This document shows positions 43,045 to 52,620 of a stretch of 64,000 bases of DNA, piece by piece (position 1 is the first letter of the stretch; each line of letters begins with the position of its first letter). Both the position numbers and the translations under genes were made by a program. The notes under the pieces are model-generated. The model saw only the letters and a program-made list of their open reading frames with translations. It made no database searches and was not told where the DNA came from. This stretch comes from an uncultured cyanobacterium. Its GTDB lineage: Bacteria > Cyanobacteriota > Cyanobacteriia > PCC-9006 > JAAUQQ01. Location: assembly GCA_963718615.1 (NCBI GenBank), contig OY970368.1:704001-768000 (forward strand). The letters are read 5' to 3'.

Positions 43045-46002
43045 ATGTCAAACACTGTAGAAACTGCCGACAACCAAGCCCTAGAGAGCCTTTCAGCCAA
43101 GCTGAACCAGTGGTTTGGATTAGCAAAGTCGGAACTGGAGAATGAAGCGATCGCAGCAGAGCAGGCCACCGAAATGAACACTGTAGAGATTGCAGAAACA
43201 GAAGTCGCAGAAACAGCAGTCGCAGAAACAGAAATCGCAGCAATCGAAAACCTGGGAGACCTAGCAGAGCTTGCATTGACCCCTGCGGATATTGAGCAAT
43301 TGGAAGATGTCGCGGAACCGGCGATCGCCTTTGCCGATGAGGATTTTACAGAGTTCCATCAGGCTGAGTCCTTGAACAACGCTGAACCCCTAACGGATGC
43401 GGCGATTGAAATGGCGATCGCAGCGGTTCAAGAAGCGGCGATCGCAGCCACCATCGAAGCCAAAACTGAAACTGAAACTGAGCCAGAAACCTTATCTGAG
43501 GCAGCAGTAGAGGAGTGGCTGGGAGATGCGATCGCCCTAGAATCATTGCCAACTGTCCATGAAGCGGTTACTGAAGAAACGGTTACTGAAGAAACGGTTA
43601 CTGCTGAAGAAATCACCGCTGAAGCTACTGAAACTGCCGAAACCACTGTAATTGAAGCAGTTACAACTGAAGTGGTTACGACTGACGCGGCTACAACTGA
43701 AGAGATCTCGCCGGAAGCAGGCATCATCGCCGAACCCGCTACCCCTGAAGATCTAGCTACCGAATTAGCAGAGTCCGTTGAACTAGAGATTGCACCAGAG
43801 GCGATCGTAGAAGTTGTATCAGAGATTGAACTAAAGATCGCGCCAGAGACAGAGAGCGTTGCAAACACAGCGGAAACCATTGCGCTAGAAGAGGTTACTC
43901 AAGAAAAAGTAGCCCAGGTAGAGATTGCTCAAGAGGAGATTTCCCAAGAAGAACTTGCCCAGGAAGAACTTGCTCAAGCAGCGATTCCTCCACAAGTATC
44001 AATCCAAGAAGTGATTGCCGAAGAACCGATTGCGGAAGAACTGGCCACCGAAGAATTGGCTACCGAAGAATTGGCCACTGAAGAAACAGTTGCCGCAGCA
44101 CTAGACACTGAAGAACCAGTATCCGAAGAACCGATTGCCGAAGAATTAGTCTCAGAAGAACTCGCTACCGAAGCAACAATGGCTGAGGAGATTGTGCCGG
44201 AAGCAATGGTTCTCGAAGCAACGCCAGAGATAGCAGCAGCAGCAGTAGTGCCAGAAACAATTGCAGCAGCAGTTGAAGAAGAAAAAGAAGAAGCTCAAGG
44301 AACAGAAATTGCAGTAGTCGAGGCGATCGCAGACGAAACACCCATCACCGTTCAAGAACCCGTCACAGAACCGCCCGTCACAGAAACACCTGTTACAGAA
44401 ACACCCGACGCACCTCTGCTCACCTACAATGGCCCCACGGAACTTCTGATCAAAACACCTATTCTGCTCCAGGGCACCTACAATCCTCAAAAAGTTGTAA
44501 AGGTAACCGTTACAGCGGAAGACAAGTATGATTTCACCGTTGTCCTAGATGCCACCGCCGGTTCTTGGAAAGTCGAGCTCAGCGATGGCTTCTATCAAGC
44601 CGGTGCCCGTTGGGTACGCATTGAGGCATTGGATGGGGGTGATCGCGTCCTCAATAGCCAAGTGGTAAACCTCATCGTCAGTTCCAATCCCCTTAGCGTC
44701 GGCAAAGCCCTCAAACTTACCGTTTTGCGACCCACGTTCTTTAAACCAACGCCCACTGACTCCCGCTCCCAGCGCAAGAATGCTCTTGTAGCCGTGCCCG
44801 CAGGCGAGAGCTTCACGGTGCAGCGTTATAGCTATACCGATGGTCATGTGTTGGTTGAACTCGATCGCAGCTTTGACGGCATTGGCAACACCGGCTACTT
44901 CTACGCCAGCCATGTGGAACTGCGCAAGGGACAGCAAATTTTGGCCTTTGAAATTGGTCAGGTTCCTGTCATCATTCCCGGTGCCTGCCAGGTACTGATT
45001 ACCCAGGAAACGTTGCTCAAGCAAAAACCCGTCGATTCTATTGATTTGAGCGAAGATCAAGCCTTTGTGCTCAAGCAAGGTCAGCATTTTGAAATTACGG
45101 GCTATGCCTGCATTCGAGGCCATTTCCGCGTCACACTCCTCCAAGAAATCCCTGGTTTTGGCCGCACGGGCTATGTGTTCTTTGACCATGCACAAATCAA
45201 ACGCAATGAAAAGTTGGTTGAGTTTGATGCCGATGCCCTGCTTCTGTCGGTGTTGGAACCCACGGTGTTCAAGAAGCGCCCGGTGAATTCTAGCAACCTC
45301 TTAGATGAGCAAAAGTGCTCACTACCCCAAGGCCAGGTCTATGGTGTGTTGGCCTACGAACCCGCTGAAGATGACCACATTGCGGTTACACTCAGCGAGA
45401 ATCTGCCGGGGTTTGGCAATACGGGCTATGTGCATCCTAGCCATGTGCAACTGAATCGGGGTGCGAAGGTGATTGAGGCGATCGCCTCCCAAATCGAGCT
45501 CAATGTCCCCTACTTCTGTCAGCGAGACAACTATTTTCGTCCCCTCAGTACCTGCAATGTCACAGCCCTAGCAATGGTCATGCATTACTACGGCGTCCAG
45601 CCTCGCTGGGGTCAACTCGAAGACGAGCTCTACGAGTGGTGCGTTAACAACTATGGTGCTGACGCTCAAACGGAAAATGTAGTGCTGGTGCGCTTGGCCC
45701 AAGCCTATGGATTCAAGGCCAGTTTTGCCACCAATCGCACTTGGTCCGAGGTTCGGGCTCAGTTGCGCAAAAAACAGCCGGTGGTTTTGGGCGGCTACTT
45801 TACCGCTGGAGGCCACATCCTAACGGTGATTGGCTTTAACAGCGAAGGTTATATCGTCAACGATCCCTGGGGCGACGCGCTGACAGGCTATCACAGCGCC
45901 TATGGCCGCAAGCTGTTCTATCCGAAGGCTTACATGGAGAAAATGTGTAGCCCAGAAGGAGATGGCCATGTTTGGGCACATTTTATTGAGCCGCAGGGCT
46001 AG
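43045..46002 (+). CDS. C39-like cysteine peptidase with long acidic low-complexity N-terminus
   Basis: VPYFCQRDN...TCNVT, GHILTVIG, VNDPWG; about 450 aa E/A/T-rich N-terminus; three T-x-x-K-x-x-P repeats. Confidence 0.85.
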   Translation: MSNTVETADNQALESLSAKLNQWFGLAKSELENEAIAAEQATEMNTVEIAETEVAETAVAETEIAAIENLGDLAELALTPADIEQLEDVAEPAIAFADEDFTEFHQAESLNNAEPLTDAAIEMAIAAVQEAAIAATIEAKTETETEPETLSEAAVEEWLGDAIALESLPTVHEAVTEETVTEETVTAEEITAEATETAETTVIEAVTTEVVTTDAATTEEISPEAGIIAEPATPEDLATELAESVELEIAPEAIVEVVSEIELKIAPETESVANTAETIALEEVTQEKVAQVEIAQEEISQEELAQEELAQAAIPPQVSIQEVIAEEPIAEELATEELATEELATEETVAAALDTEEPVSEEPIAEELVSEELATEATMAEEIVPEAMVLEATPEIAAAAVVPETIAAAVEEEKEEAQGTEIAVVEAIADETPITVQEPVTEPPVTETPVTETPDAPLLTYNGPTELLIKTPILLQGTYNPQKVVKVTVTAEDKYDFTVVLDATAGSWKVELSDGFYQAGARWVRIEALDGGDRVLNSQVVNLIVSSNPLSVGKALKLTVLRPTFFKPTPTDSRSQRKNALVAVPAGESFTVQRYSYTDGHVLVELDRSFDGIGNTGYFYASHVELRKGQQILAFEIGQVPVIIPGACQVLITQETLLKQKPVDSIDLSEDQAFVLKQGQHFEITGYACIRGHFRVTLLQEIPGFGRTGYVFFDHAQIKRNEKLVEFDADALLLSVLEPTVFKKRPVNSSNLLDEQKCSLPQGQVYGVLAYEPAEDDHIAVTLSENLPGFGNTGYVHPSHVQLNRGAKVIEAIASQIELNVPYFCQRDNYFRPLSTCNVTALAMVMHYYGVQPRWGQLEDELYEWCVNNYGADAQTENVVLVRLAQAYGFKASFATNRTWSEVRAQLRKKQPVVLGGYFTAGGHILTVIGFNSEGYIVNDPWGDALTGYHSAYGRKLFYPKAYMEKMCSPEGDGHVWAHFIEPQG

Positions 46003-46038
46003 AGGTTGGGCGATCGCCTAGACGCTCCAACTCTCGTG

Positions 46039-46083
46039 AAACCCAACAGCAATGAGGAGCGATCCTTGGCCTGTTGGGTTTTT
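46039..46083 (+). terminator. Intrinsic terminator
   Basis: AAACCCAACAG...CTGTTGGGTTT(TT). Confidence 0.55.
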
Positions 46084-46140
46084 CATGTTGGGCTTTTTAT
46101 GTTGGTTTTGTCAGTAGAATGGACAGTAACCTTCCCCCAA

Positions 46141-46309
46141 GAAAGTGGCAGAACCAACCGCATTGAGTGGTTCAACTATACCCTCAGACAACGGGTGTCG
46201 AGATTGGTGCGTAAGATGCTTTCATTCTCGAAAAAGCTCGAAAACCACATCGTTGCAATTTGATATTTCGTCCAAGATTACAATGCGTCCTTACGCGTTT
46301 AGGACTAAC
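46141..46309 (+). pseudogene. IS1-family transposase C-terminal remnant
   Basis: GRTNRIEWFNYTLRQRVSRLVRKMLSFSKKLENHIVAI*YFVQDYN with an internal stop. Confidence 0.8.
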
Positions 46310-46375
46310 GGGAGAAGAGCCTTTATCTGCCAGAGCAACTCCTGCCTCATCCGCATTCACTAATTCAGCAATGTT

Positions 46376-46552
46376 GATCTAGACAGCGAATCAGGCCGTA
46401 ATGTGGTGAAGTTGACGCAGAAACCGGCACGGGAGCGAGGATGTACAATTTTGTTGGTGACCCACGACAACCGGATTTTGGGTATTGCCGATCGCATTGT
46501 TCACTTCGAAGATGGCCACCTTACCTCCACCCCAGCGATCTTGCCAGTTTAA
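46376..46552 (+). pseudogene. DevA-type ABC ATPase C-terminal remnant
   Basis: Manual translation DLDSESGRNVVKL...GCTILLVTHDNRILGIADRIVHFEDG; no 5' part. Confidence 0.75.
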
Positions 46553-46625
46553 GGTCGCTAGAAAACACGGTGCATGTTCCTATAAATCAGCACATCAGTG
46601 GAGTGATCACTCTTCTGTAGCTCAA

Positions 46626-49016
46626 TTACTGAATTACTCTAAAAACTGTTCGGAATACTTTAAGACTAAATATGCTTGGCAAAATTAAGCCAAGAAGACT
46701 TGGAACTATTGGAAGGAAGCCATTCCAGAAGATGAGTGTCCCCCAGGAAACAGTACAGAGTAAACAAAATAAAGCTACTCGTAAAAGAAGGCGCAACTTT
46801 GTTGCCGGTAGACCTAGGGCTAAAATAACACCATTGCAACTCCAAAAAAGAATCCAGAGATTGTCTGCTAACATTGGCCAGAACCAGAGCAACGGACGAT
46901 GCCCGACAGCAGCATCGATAATTTGACTGGTTACATGGGCTTGTAGCACAACCCCTGGAAGATCGTACCGGAAAGGCGTTCTATGGTAATCTCTATAGCT
47001 AGCTGCTGTGGTACCAATGAGCACAATCCGGTTTTTAATCGATTGTGCTGCAATTTCGCCATCGAGGACCTGTGAGAGTGAGACTGTCTCAAAGCTATTG
47101 ACCGGAGATGAACCTGGAATTTTCCGATACCGAAGCAAAATCTGTAATCCTCTAACATCAGCATTCAAGTAAATGCCTGGGCGAGTTTTGAGAGATGTTA
47201 GGGTAGCTTCTCCCAACTGCCAAGAATTACCTGTTGGAAACTGAAGCTGTATATCTTTTTCGCTTAAGTATCTTAGTGCGAGTTGTAAATTAAGAGAATA
47301 GGGAGGGACGCATTGACCAACTTCTGGCTGCATGGCGATCAGAGCACGCCGAACGACTCTATCTTGGTCGCTCATCGTATCGCTAAATCCGACAGATTTT
47401 AGGGGAAAGTTTTGGGGGGGAATGACTTCCGGCTTTGATGCAGCTATATCTCTAACTCGACAGGTTGTGATGAGAGGTGAGTTTGTGTTAGCCCATTTTG
47501 AAATATCATTAGGATTTGATAGATGAGGTTTCACTTCCTTAAGTAGCAAAGATTCATTCTCTCCTTGCTCAAAGGATCGATCGCGATAAATATCTAGGCC
47601 AATTACGGCTGCTTCTGCCTGATTCAATATCGTGAGTAATTGATTGAGAGCAGTAGGCGAAAGAGAATCAATCCTATCCTTCTGAGTAGGATGATAAAGG
47701 TCGTCTTCAGTAACTTCTACGATCAAGATACTGGGGTCGTATTCATCATTTGCAGGGCTCAATCGCACTATTACGTCATAGCTCCAGAGTTCAAGCTGTT
47801 GTAAAGCTCCGCTAAAGCGTAATCCGAGAACAGCGGCGGTTATCCCAATGCTTAGGGCTGCAATATAAAATACTTGGTGATAAGTTGGTAATCTTCGGAG
47901 AAAATCTCTCGATTGCAACGGAATCTCGGCGTTGTCTGACTGTAGATCGTGCCAAGTTGGGGGAGAGAAAGCGGGATTTTGGCAGATAATCGGAAGCCAA
48001 GTTGCACAAGGGAAATCATTTTCTAAGCTTTCTAGGCGATCGCGTGCCTGTCGCACTGCTGTATAAAGTGTTTTACCCCCAGCATAATCATGTAAAAAAT
48101 ACTGTAGGAACTTCTGAGCAACAATATCTGGTACCAGCTCCCGCATAAGAATGAGCTGAGGAATATTGAGTTCCTCTAGTTCCCAGGCTAATCCTAAGCC
48201 ATCACAGGAATTGAAAATAGCGAGCTGTAGCCCTCGACTAATTGCTTGTTTGAGAGATTTTCTAAGTTGTCCTATGGAAAGACTATCAGTTTCATTTAGC
48301 TGTATATACCCTATTGCATTGGATGTTTGACTGTGACCTGCAAAAAAGAGAATATCCCATGACTGGTGCCACAGCTTATCTGAAAATTCCTGGCGAGAAG
48401 GTTTGCGTAAAATTTCAACGTTGGCATTAGACAGTGCTCGTAGATCTATCTCATCTATCTCTGTATTAATACCCTGATTGTCACCAAAGATAGCTAAAAT
48501 ATTTACCTTTGGTGTTACTGGAGACTTAAGGCTTACGAATTTTGAATAGTCATTTTTGCAAAAACCCAGCTCTAATGTCGGGTATTGCTCCAGCTCCTCC
48601 CAGAGATGCCAAGGTAGTCGCCACAACTGTGGGTCATTGGCCTGAATGAGGATTCGACATTCCTGATCTGAAGCGAGTTCTCGATACAGCTCTCGTCGAA
48701 CTGGGTTAAAGCCGGGGTCAGCAAGCCACGTATCAATATCAGCCTTAAGACTGGCTGAGAGCTGTCTACATTCTTGGCGAAGAGAAGCCGCAGAGCTATC
48801 AATTCTCGCTGCTTTTGTTTTGATAGCCCGAACCTGCTTTCCGAGGGCTCGATAACTTTTACTCCATTCACAATAATGAGTTGCTAATTGTGGATAGAAA
48901 GGTAGGGATCCTGTCGATTGAAGATAGGGGGAACCCTGTTCTTCTCTGGCTTGGATTATGACTTTAAAGCCAGACTCTAAAGAACCATCAAAACTAAGTA
49001 TAATGAGCTTAGGCAT
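46626..49016 (-). CDS. CHAT (caspase/HetF-like) protease - TM - CHASE2 - 3TM membrane protein
   Basis: RLPWHLW, catalytic His ILFFAGHS and Cys IFNSCDG; TM helix; CHASE2 motifs IGLDIYRD, VGFSD, RIVLIG, PGVVLQA; C-terminal TMs with no further output domain. Confidence 0.9.
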   Translation of the reverse strand: MPKLIILSFDGSLESGFKVIIQAREEQGSPYLQSTGSLPFYPQLATHYCEWSKSYRALGKQVRAIKTKAARIDSSAASLRQECRQLSASLKADIDTWLADPGFNPVRRELYRELASDQECRILIQANDPQLWRLPWHLWEELEQYPTLELGFCKNDYSKFVSLKSPVTPKVNILAIFGDNQGINTEIDEIDLRALSNANVEILRKPSRQEFSDKLWHQSWDILFFAGHSQTSNAIGYIQLNETDSLSIGQLRKSLKQAISRGLQLAIFNSCDGLGLAWELEELNIPQLILMRELVPDIVAQKFLQYFLHDYAGGKTLYTAVRQARDRLESLENDFPCATWLPIICQNPAFSPPTWHDLQSDNAEIPLQSRDFLRRLPTYHQVFYIAALSIGITAAVLGLRFSGALQQLELWSYDVIVRLSPANDEYDPSILIVEVTEDDLYHPTQKDRIDSLSPTALNQLLTILNQAEAAVIGLDIYRDRSFEQGENESLLLKEVKPHLSNPNDISKWANTNSPLITTCRVRDIAASKPEVIPPQNFPLKSVGFSDTMSDQDRVVRRALIAMQPEVGQCVPPYSLNLQLALRYLSEKDIQLQFPTGNSWQLGEATLTSLKTRPGIYLNADVRGLQILLRYRKIPGSSPVNSFETVSLSQVLDGEIAAQSIKNRIVLIGTTAASYRDYHRTPFRYDLPGVVLQAHVTSQIIDAAVGHRPLLWFWPMLADNLWILFWSCNGVILALGLPATKLRLLLRVALFCLLCTVSWGTLIFWNGFLPIVPSLLGLILPSIFSLKVFRTVFRVIQ

Positions 49017-49044
49017 CGGCTAATACTATCAATGAAGTATAGAC

Positions 49045-50148
49045 CTAAAGAACGATCTTTTCTTCAAAAGTAAGACCATTCAAGCTGAGGTGCAGAATCA
49101 CAGCATCACCTTTCGTCCCTGAGAATTCCAATTGAAGATGACGATTATGCTGTTGGGCACAGGCGGCGAGCAGTTCAGAACGATTCGTATCTAGCAAGGC
49201 TAGTTTTAGGTTCTGGGGCAAGTACTCTCGACGAGGGCCTGGAATTGCATCAATAGAGATTTCAAGTGGTTCCTCAATGCCCTCAGCAGCACGAATTACC
49301 AATGCTACTGTCTGGTCAATATCCTCGTCGAGGTTTGGTGCCATTGTACCTCCATGTAAATTAGGATATAACGAAATAAGTTTATATCCAGAAACACAGT
49401 TAGATGGAGTGTGATGAAACTTAGATTGGAGCGAGTGGCCTCCAAAAAAGTCTTCCATTTTTTGTTGAAGCTCGATATTTTCTAGAGTTCGATAGGCGTA
49501 TGTAAGGGTTGACGGGTTGGAAGAAGTGGGATGTATGACTGCGTCGAGAGAAGACCAGCCAGAGGCAAAGAAGTCAGACCACCATTGTCTCAGCTCGACA
49601 AATGGTGATTTGGCAGTCGCAAGAAACTCAGGAAACTCATCTATACCTCGGAAGTTTTCAATAGAAAACAATTCAGAGTTCCGAGCTCCTGTCGTCTCTG
49701 GATTAAGGCAATTCAGAAAGCCGAGTAATATAGCTTGGTGTTGATCTAAATCGATTTCTACAGCAAAATATGCGATCCGGTTTTCCCAAGACTCCGCTGG
49801 CACTCGAATATGATGACTTCCCGGAAGAACTGGACAGCATTCAACGATCCCTAGATCAGGTAGGCGAATATCTGCAATGTCTAAGAGAATTCGCCGAAAC
49901 GGTTCCTGAAACTCGGTTGCTTGAGTATCAGATTCTATTCCTAAACATTGGAAATAGTGGTTGACAGCAAATCTCGCTAGGGCATTGTGATAGATCTGTT
50001 GCTGTCTAGGCATTGGACAGTTTTGAGCAAGTCGCTTCGCTTCTTGTTCAGCTTTGGCTGTGAGGACGATCGGAAAACTTGGTGTTGGTAAGGATTCAGG
50101 GCTGTACAAGAGCGATGAGTTCATAGTATATGGGGTGATAAGCTGCAT
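49045..50148 (-). CDS. DUF1822 family protein (candidate anti-sigma factor)
   Basis: QIYHNALARFAVNHYF, DIADIRLPDLGIVECCPV, VPAESWENRIAYFAVEI, ILLGF, YLPQNLKL, LQLEFSG. Confidence 0.85.
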   Translation of the reverse strand: MQLITPYTMNSSLLYSPESLPTPSFPIVLTAKAEQEAKRLAQNCPMPRQQQIYHNALARFAVNHYFQCLGIESDTQATEFQEPFRRILLDIADIRLPDLGIVECCPVLPGSHHIRVPAESWENRIAYFAVEIDLDQHQAILLGFLNCLNPETTGARNSELFSIENFRGIDEFPEFLATAKSPFVELRQWWSDFFASGWSSLDAVIHPTSSNPSTLTYAYRTLENIELQQKMEDFFGGHSLQSKFHHTPSNCVSGYKLISLYPNLHGGTMAPNLDEDIDQTVALVIRAAEGIEEPLEISIDAIPGPRREYLPQNLKLALLDTNRSELLAACAQQHNRHLQLEFSGTKGDAVILHLSLNGLTFEEKIVL

Positions 50149-50205
50149 TGTGGTGATGTGACAAAGGGCGGTGAAGATACCAATCGTTAGCTATTTGGAT
50201 GGTTT

Positions 50206-51396
50206 CTATTCTGGGTTTCGTACTGAATTCAGTTCGGGATTCCTATCTGAGAACGTTTGTGGCCACAGTACCATCATACTCCTTTCATAAAAGCTTCTAA
50301 GCTTCGTGGGGTCTACCTTTAGGGCATCACTAGGAATCTGCCAGAGATGTCCGGCATCTAAAAGGATTTTTGTTAACTCAGAAAATGTGATGCTTGGATA
50401 GTCTGGCATGACAATTTTGTACCGCTCATTACGAGTGACATCACGATAGCTAGGAAATCGCTTAACTCGGCTCCGGTGATCACTTTCCAGTTTCGCTTCA
50501 TCAATCTTAAATTTCTGCGCAATGTTTTCCCAGGACTCACCCTCAAACCGAGAAAACCGAATGGCATGAAGGGTTGATTTAGACTGCCCTTCAACGACTG
50601 GTGTCAAAAGATTATCAAGCCAGTTGCTTAAAAAGTTTCTGGGCGTCGTTAGTCTGTTAAAGCCGTATTGGTCAGCAATGTCTTGCCATGTTTTATTTTT
50701 TATTCGAGCTAGAACAATGTCTAGGAAGGTAATGTGTGGCTTATCTCGATTGGGAATTCGAAAAATATAGTCTTCTTTTAACCAGTCTAAAAGGTTACTT
50801 GTTGTAAAATCCGATGAATGACTAGGAACACGATCGAAATCAAAGTCTTGAACTGGTTTCCCGAATCTTTCTTGTCTTTTCAGATCAGTAGCCTGAGGGA
50901 TATGAGTTCGGTCAAAGCGAAAGTTAATCCACTTAATGAATTCACCTCGCTCAGCATCAAATTTATGGATGTTTTTACAAATCCAAAGCTGAAGAATGTT
51001 CTGAGCTTCGCGATAGGCTTCGTCTGAGGCAAAGTCGGGCCGTTTTTTGAGCCGATTGCTGAGGAATAGAGCTCGAAAGAGAATGTCAATCGCTGTTTGA
51101 AACTCCGGAGTTCCGAGTGCGTAACTTTGGACATGGAGAGCGATCGCCTTCATCTGTCGCTCTCCCAGTACGGCTTGCCAGGTCTTGGCAAGAAGCAAAG
51201 ATGAAATTTCGCTAAACCTTTGCTCGGAAAGCGGCCCTTGCTGTATCGTTTCTAGTAGAAGCACAGAAAGAGACTGACTTGCCAGTCTACTAATCTCTTG
51301 GTAGATATAAGGAGGTTTTCCCCGCTGGAGTAAGCGATAGAAAGCATTATGGCGGAGAAGCGCCTCAGCCATCTCCATGGAATCGAAATCAGTCAT
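50206..51396 (-). CDS. Cyanobacterial sigma-70-like factor with repeated C-terminal HTH modules
   Basis: Sigma2-like AYREAQ..LQLWICKNIHKFDAERGEFIKWINFRF; HTH-like TFLDIVLARIKNKTWQDIA and AIRFSRFEGESWENIA; ATG 51396 preferred because GTG 51423 lies inside the promoter motif. Confidence 0.7.
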   Translation of the reverse strand: MTDFDSMEMAEALLRHNAFYRLLQRGKPPYIYQEISRLASQSLSVLLLETIQQGPLSEQRFSEISSLLLAKTWQAVLGERQMKAIALHVQSYALGTPEFQTAIDILFRALFLSNRLKKRPDFASDEAYREAQNILQLWICKNIHKFDAERGEFIKWINFRFDRTHIPQATDLKRQERFGKPVQDFDFDRVPSHSSDFTTSNLLDWLKEDYIFRIPNRDKPHITFLDIVLARIKNKTWQDIADQYGFNRLTTPRNFLSNWLDNLLTPVVEGQSKSTLHAIRFSRFEGESWENIAQKFKIDEAKLESDHRSRVKRFPSYRDVTRNERYKIVMPDYPSITFSELTKILLDAGHLWQIPSDALKVDPTKLRSFYERSMMVLWPQTFSDRNPELNSVRNPE

Positions 51397-51416
51397 GCTA
51401 TGCCTATTGCATGGAA

Positions 51417-51460
51417 CCTTCACAAACTTAATCCTCGTCTACATGGGTAATTTACACGTT
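51417..51460 (-). promoter_or_regulatory. Shared promoter motif, copy 1 (sigma-like operon)
   Basis: AACGTGTAAA-TTACCCATGTAGACGA-GGATTAA-GTTT-GTGAAGG. Confidence 0.7.
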
Positions 51461-51653
51461 CTGCTTTAGAATTTTCAAATTATTTTGCGGATGAAGAAAA
51501 TATTTCCTGTAATCTAATGTCATAGTATGTATTATTTCTACAGTAAACTCGTTTGCATTATCTCCCAATTTGGCGTCAGATCTACTAGATAGCCCGTATA
51601 AATAAATTCGTGATCGTTGCTAAAATTACTGAGAATATTGCCAAAGGTATCAT

Positions 51654-52475
51654 ATGAGAAAATTATTGCCCTTGATGATTTTGTTCTCTGGGATTGTGGT
51701 TGCTTCCACGTCACTAGCCCTAGGACAGCCCGAATTGATCCAATCGGCTGAGACGAAAGCTACGAAGAAAAAAACGCCCTATGTCCCCCCGGACCCCCCT
51801 CCAGGTTTGAATGCTCCCGGAAATCGTAGCGAGGCTGGGAGTCGGGGTAGTGATGGACAGATTTTGCCGCTGGCTCAGCAATTGGTTGCCATTGTTCCTG
51901 AGTTTGAGCGGGTAGTAGAGTCTTTGCCTATTCCACAGGTATGGGTCCTCACGGCTTCTCGCTATCCGACTTTTTGGTTTTATGTTCCCCTTGCTGAAGA
52001 TCCTACGCTTAGGTTTGTAATTGAACGTAGGAACCCATCGGAACGCGGTCGGAAATACATAACCGTTTACCAGCAGGAAATCCCTATTTCTCGGGAAGGA
52101 TTCCTCTCTATTACGCCTGCTGATTCATTTGAAGGGTTAAAAGAAGGGGAGCTCTATCGTTGGTCTTTGAGTTCGATTAAGCCTAGTTTAACGAAAAGTT
52201 ATCGTTCGTTAAAGCCGATTAAGGGTTGGGTTGAGCTGCGATCGTTACCGAAAAATATGAGTGAACAGCTCAAGCTTGCTTCTCCATCAGAAGCTATAGA
52301 GATTTATGGGCGGAATGGAATTTGGCTGGACAGTTTTGATGCTGTAGCCCAGCACTACCGTACTGCTCCGGACCGTTACATCATCTTGTGGCAGGATTTT
52401 TTAGAAGGGGTTGGACTTGAGGCGTTATCAAAGAAACCAGTATCAAGTGGTGGCTCAGTCGTTCGCCACGATTAA
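51654..52475 (+). CDS. DUF928 family secreted protein
   Basis: Signal peptide; PGNRSEAGSRG, PTFWFYVP, YRWS, GWV, YGRNGIWLD. Confidence 0.88.
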   Translation: MRKLLPLMILFSGIVVASTSLALGQPELIQSAETKATKKKTPYVPPDPPPGLNAPGNRSEAGSRGSDGQILPLAQQLVAIVPEFERVVESLPIPQVWVLTASRYPTFWFYVPLAEDPTLRFVIERRNPSERGRKYITVYQQEIPISREGFLSITPADSFEGLKEGELYRWSLSSIKPSLTKSYRSLKPIKGWVELRSLPKNMSEQLKLASPSEAIEIYGRNGIWLDSFDAVAQHYRTAPDRYIILWQDFLEGVGLEALSKKPVSSGGSVVRHD

Positions 52476-52538
52476 GTCATCATTCTGATCTTTTACTCAG
52501 AACCGTCACAAGGTAATCTTTCGATCAATTTTTCAAGC

Positions 52539-52582
52539 AACCTGTAAAAACTCAGTATCCTCACTGATTAACTAAGTGCAGC
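52539..52582 (+). promoter_or_regulatory. Shared promoter motif, copy 2 (FG-GAP gene)
   Basis: AACCTGTAAA-AACTCAGTATCCTCAC-TGATTAA-CTAA-GTGCAGC. Confidence 0.7.
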
Positions 52583-52620
52583 TTCCCGAAGGGAGTTAAA
52601 TCTTAGCCAGGGTAATACAA

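Noticed and set aside
46006-46363. ORFs 46006..46263 and 46145..46363 as real genes
   Set aside because: They are chimeric readings across a terminator and the IS1 remnant.
51506-51536. Fourth copy of the shared promoter before DUF928 (CCTGTAAT...GTATTAT)
   Set aside because: Both boxes mismatch, spacing is 15 rather than 16, and the AAC and GTG flanks are absent; could be chance in AT-rich DNA.
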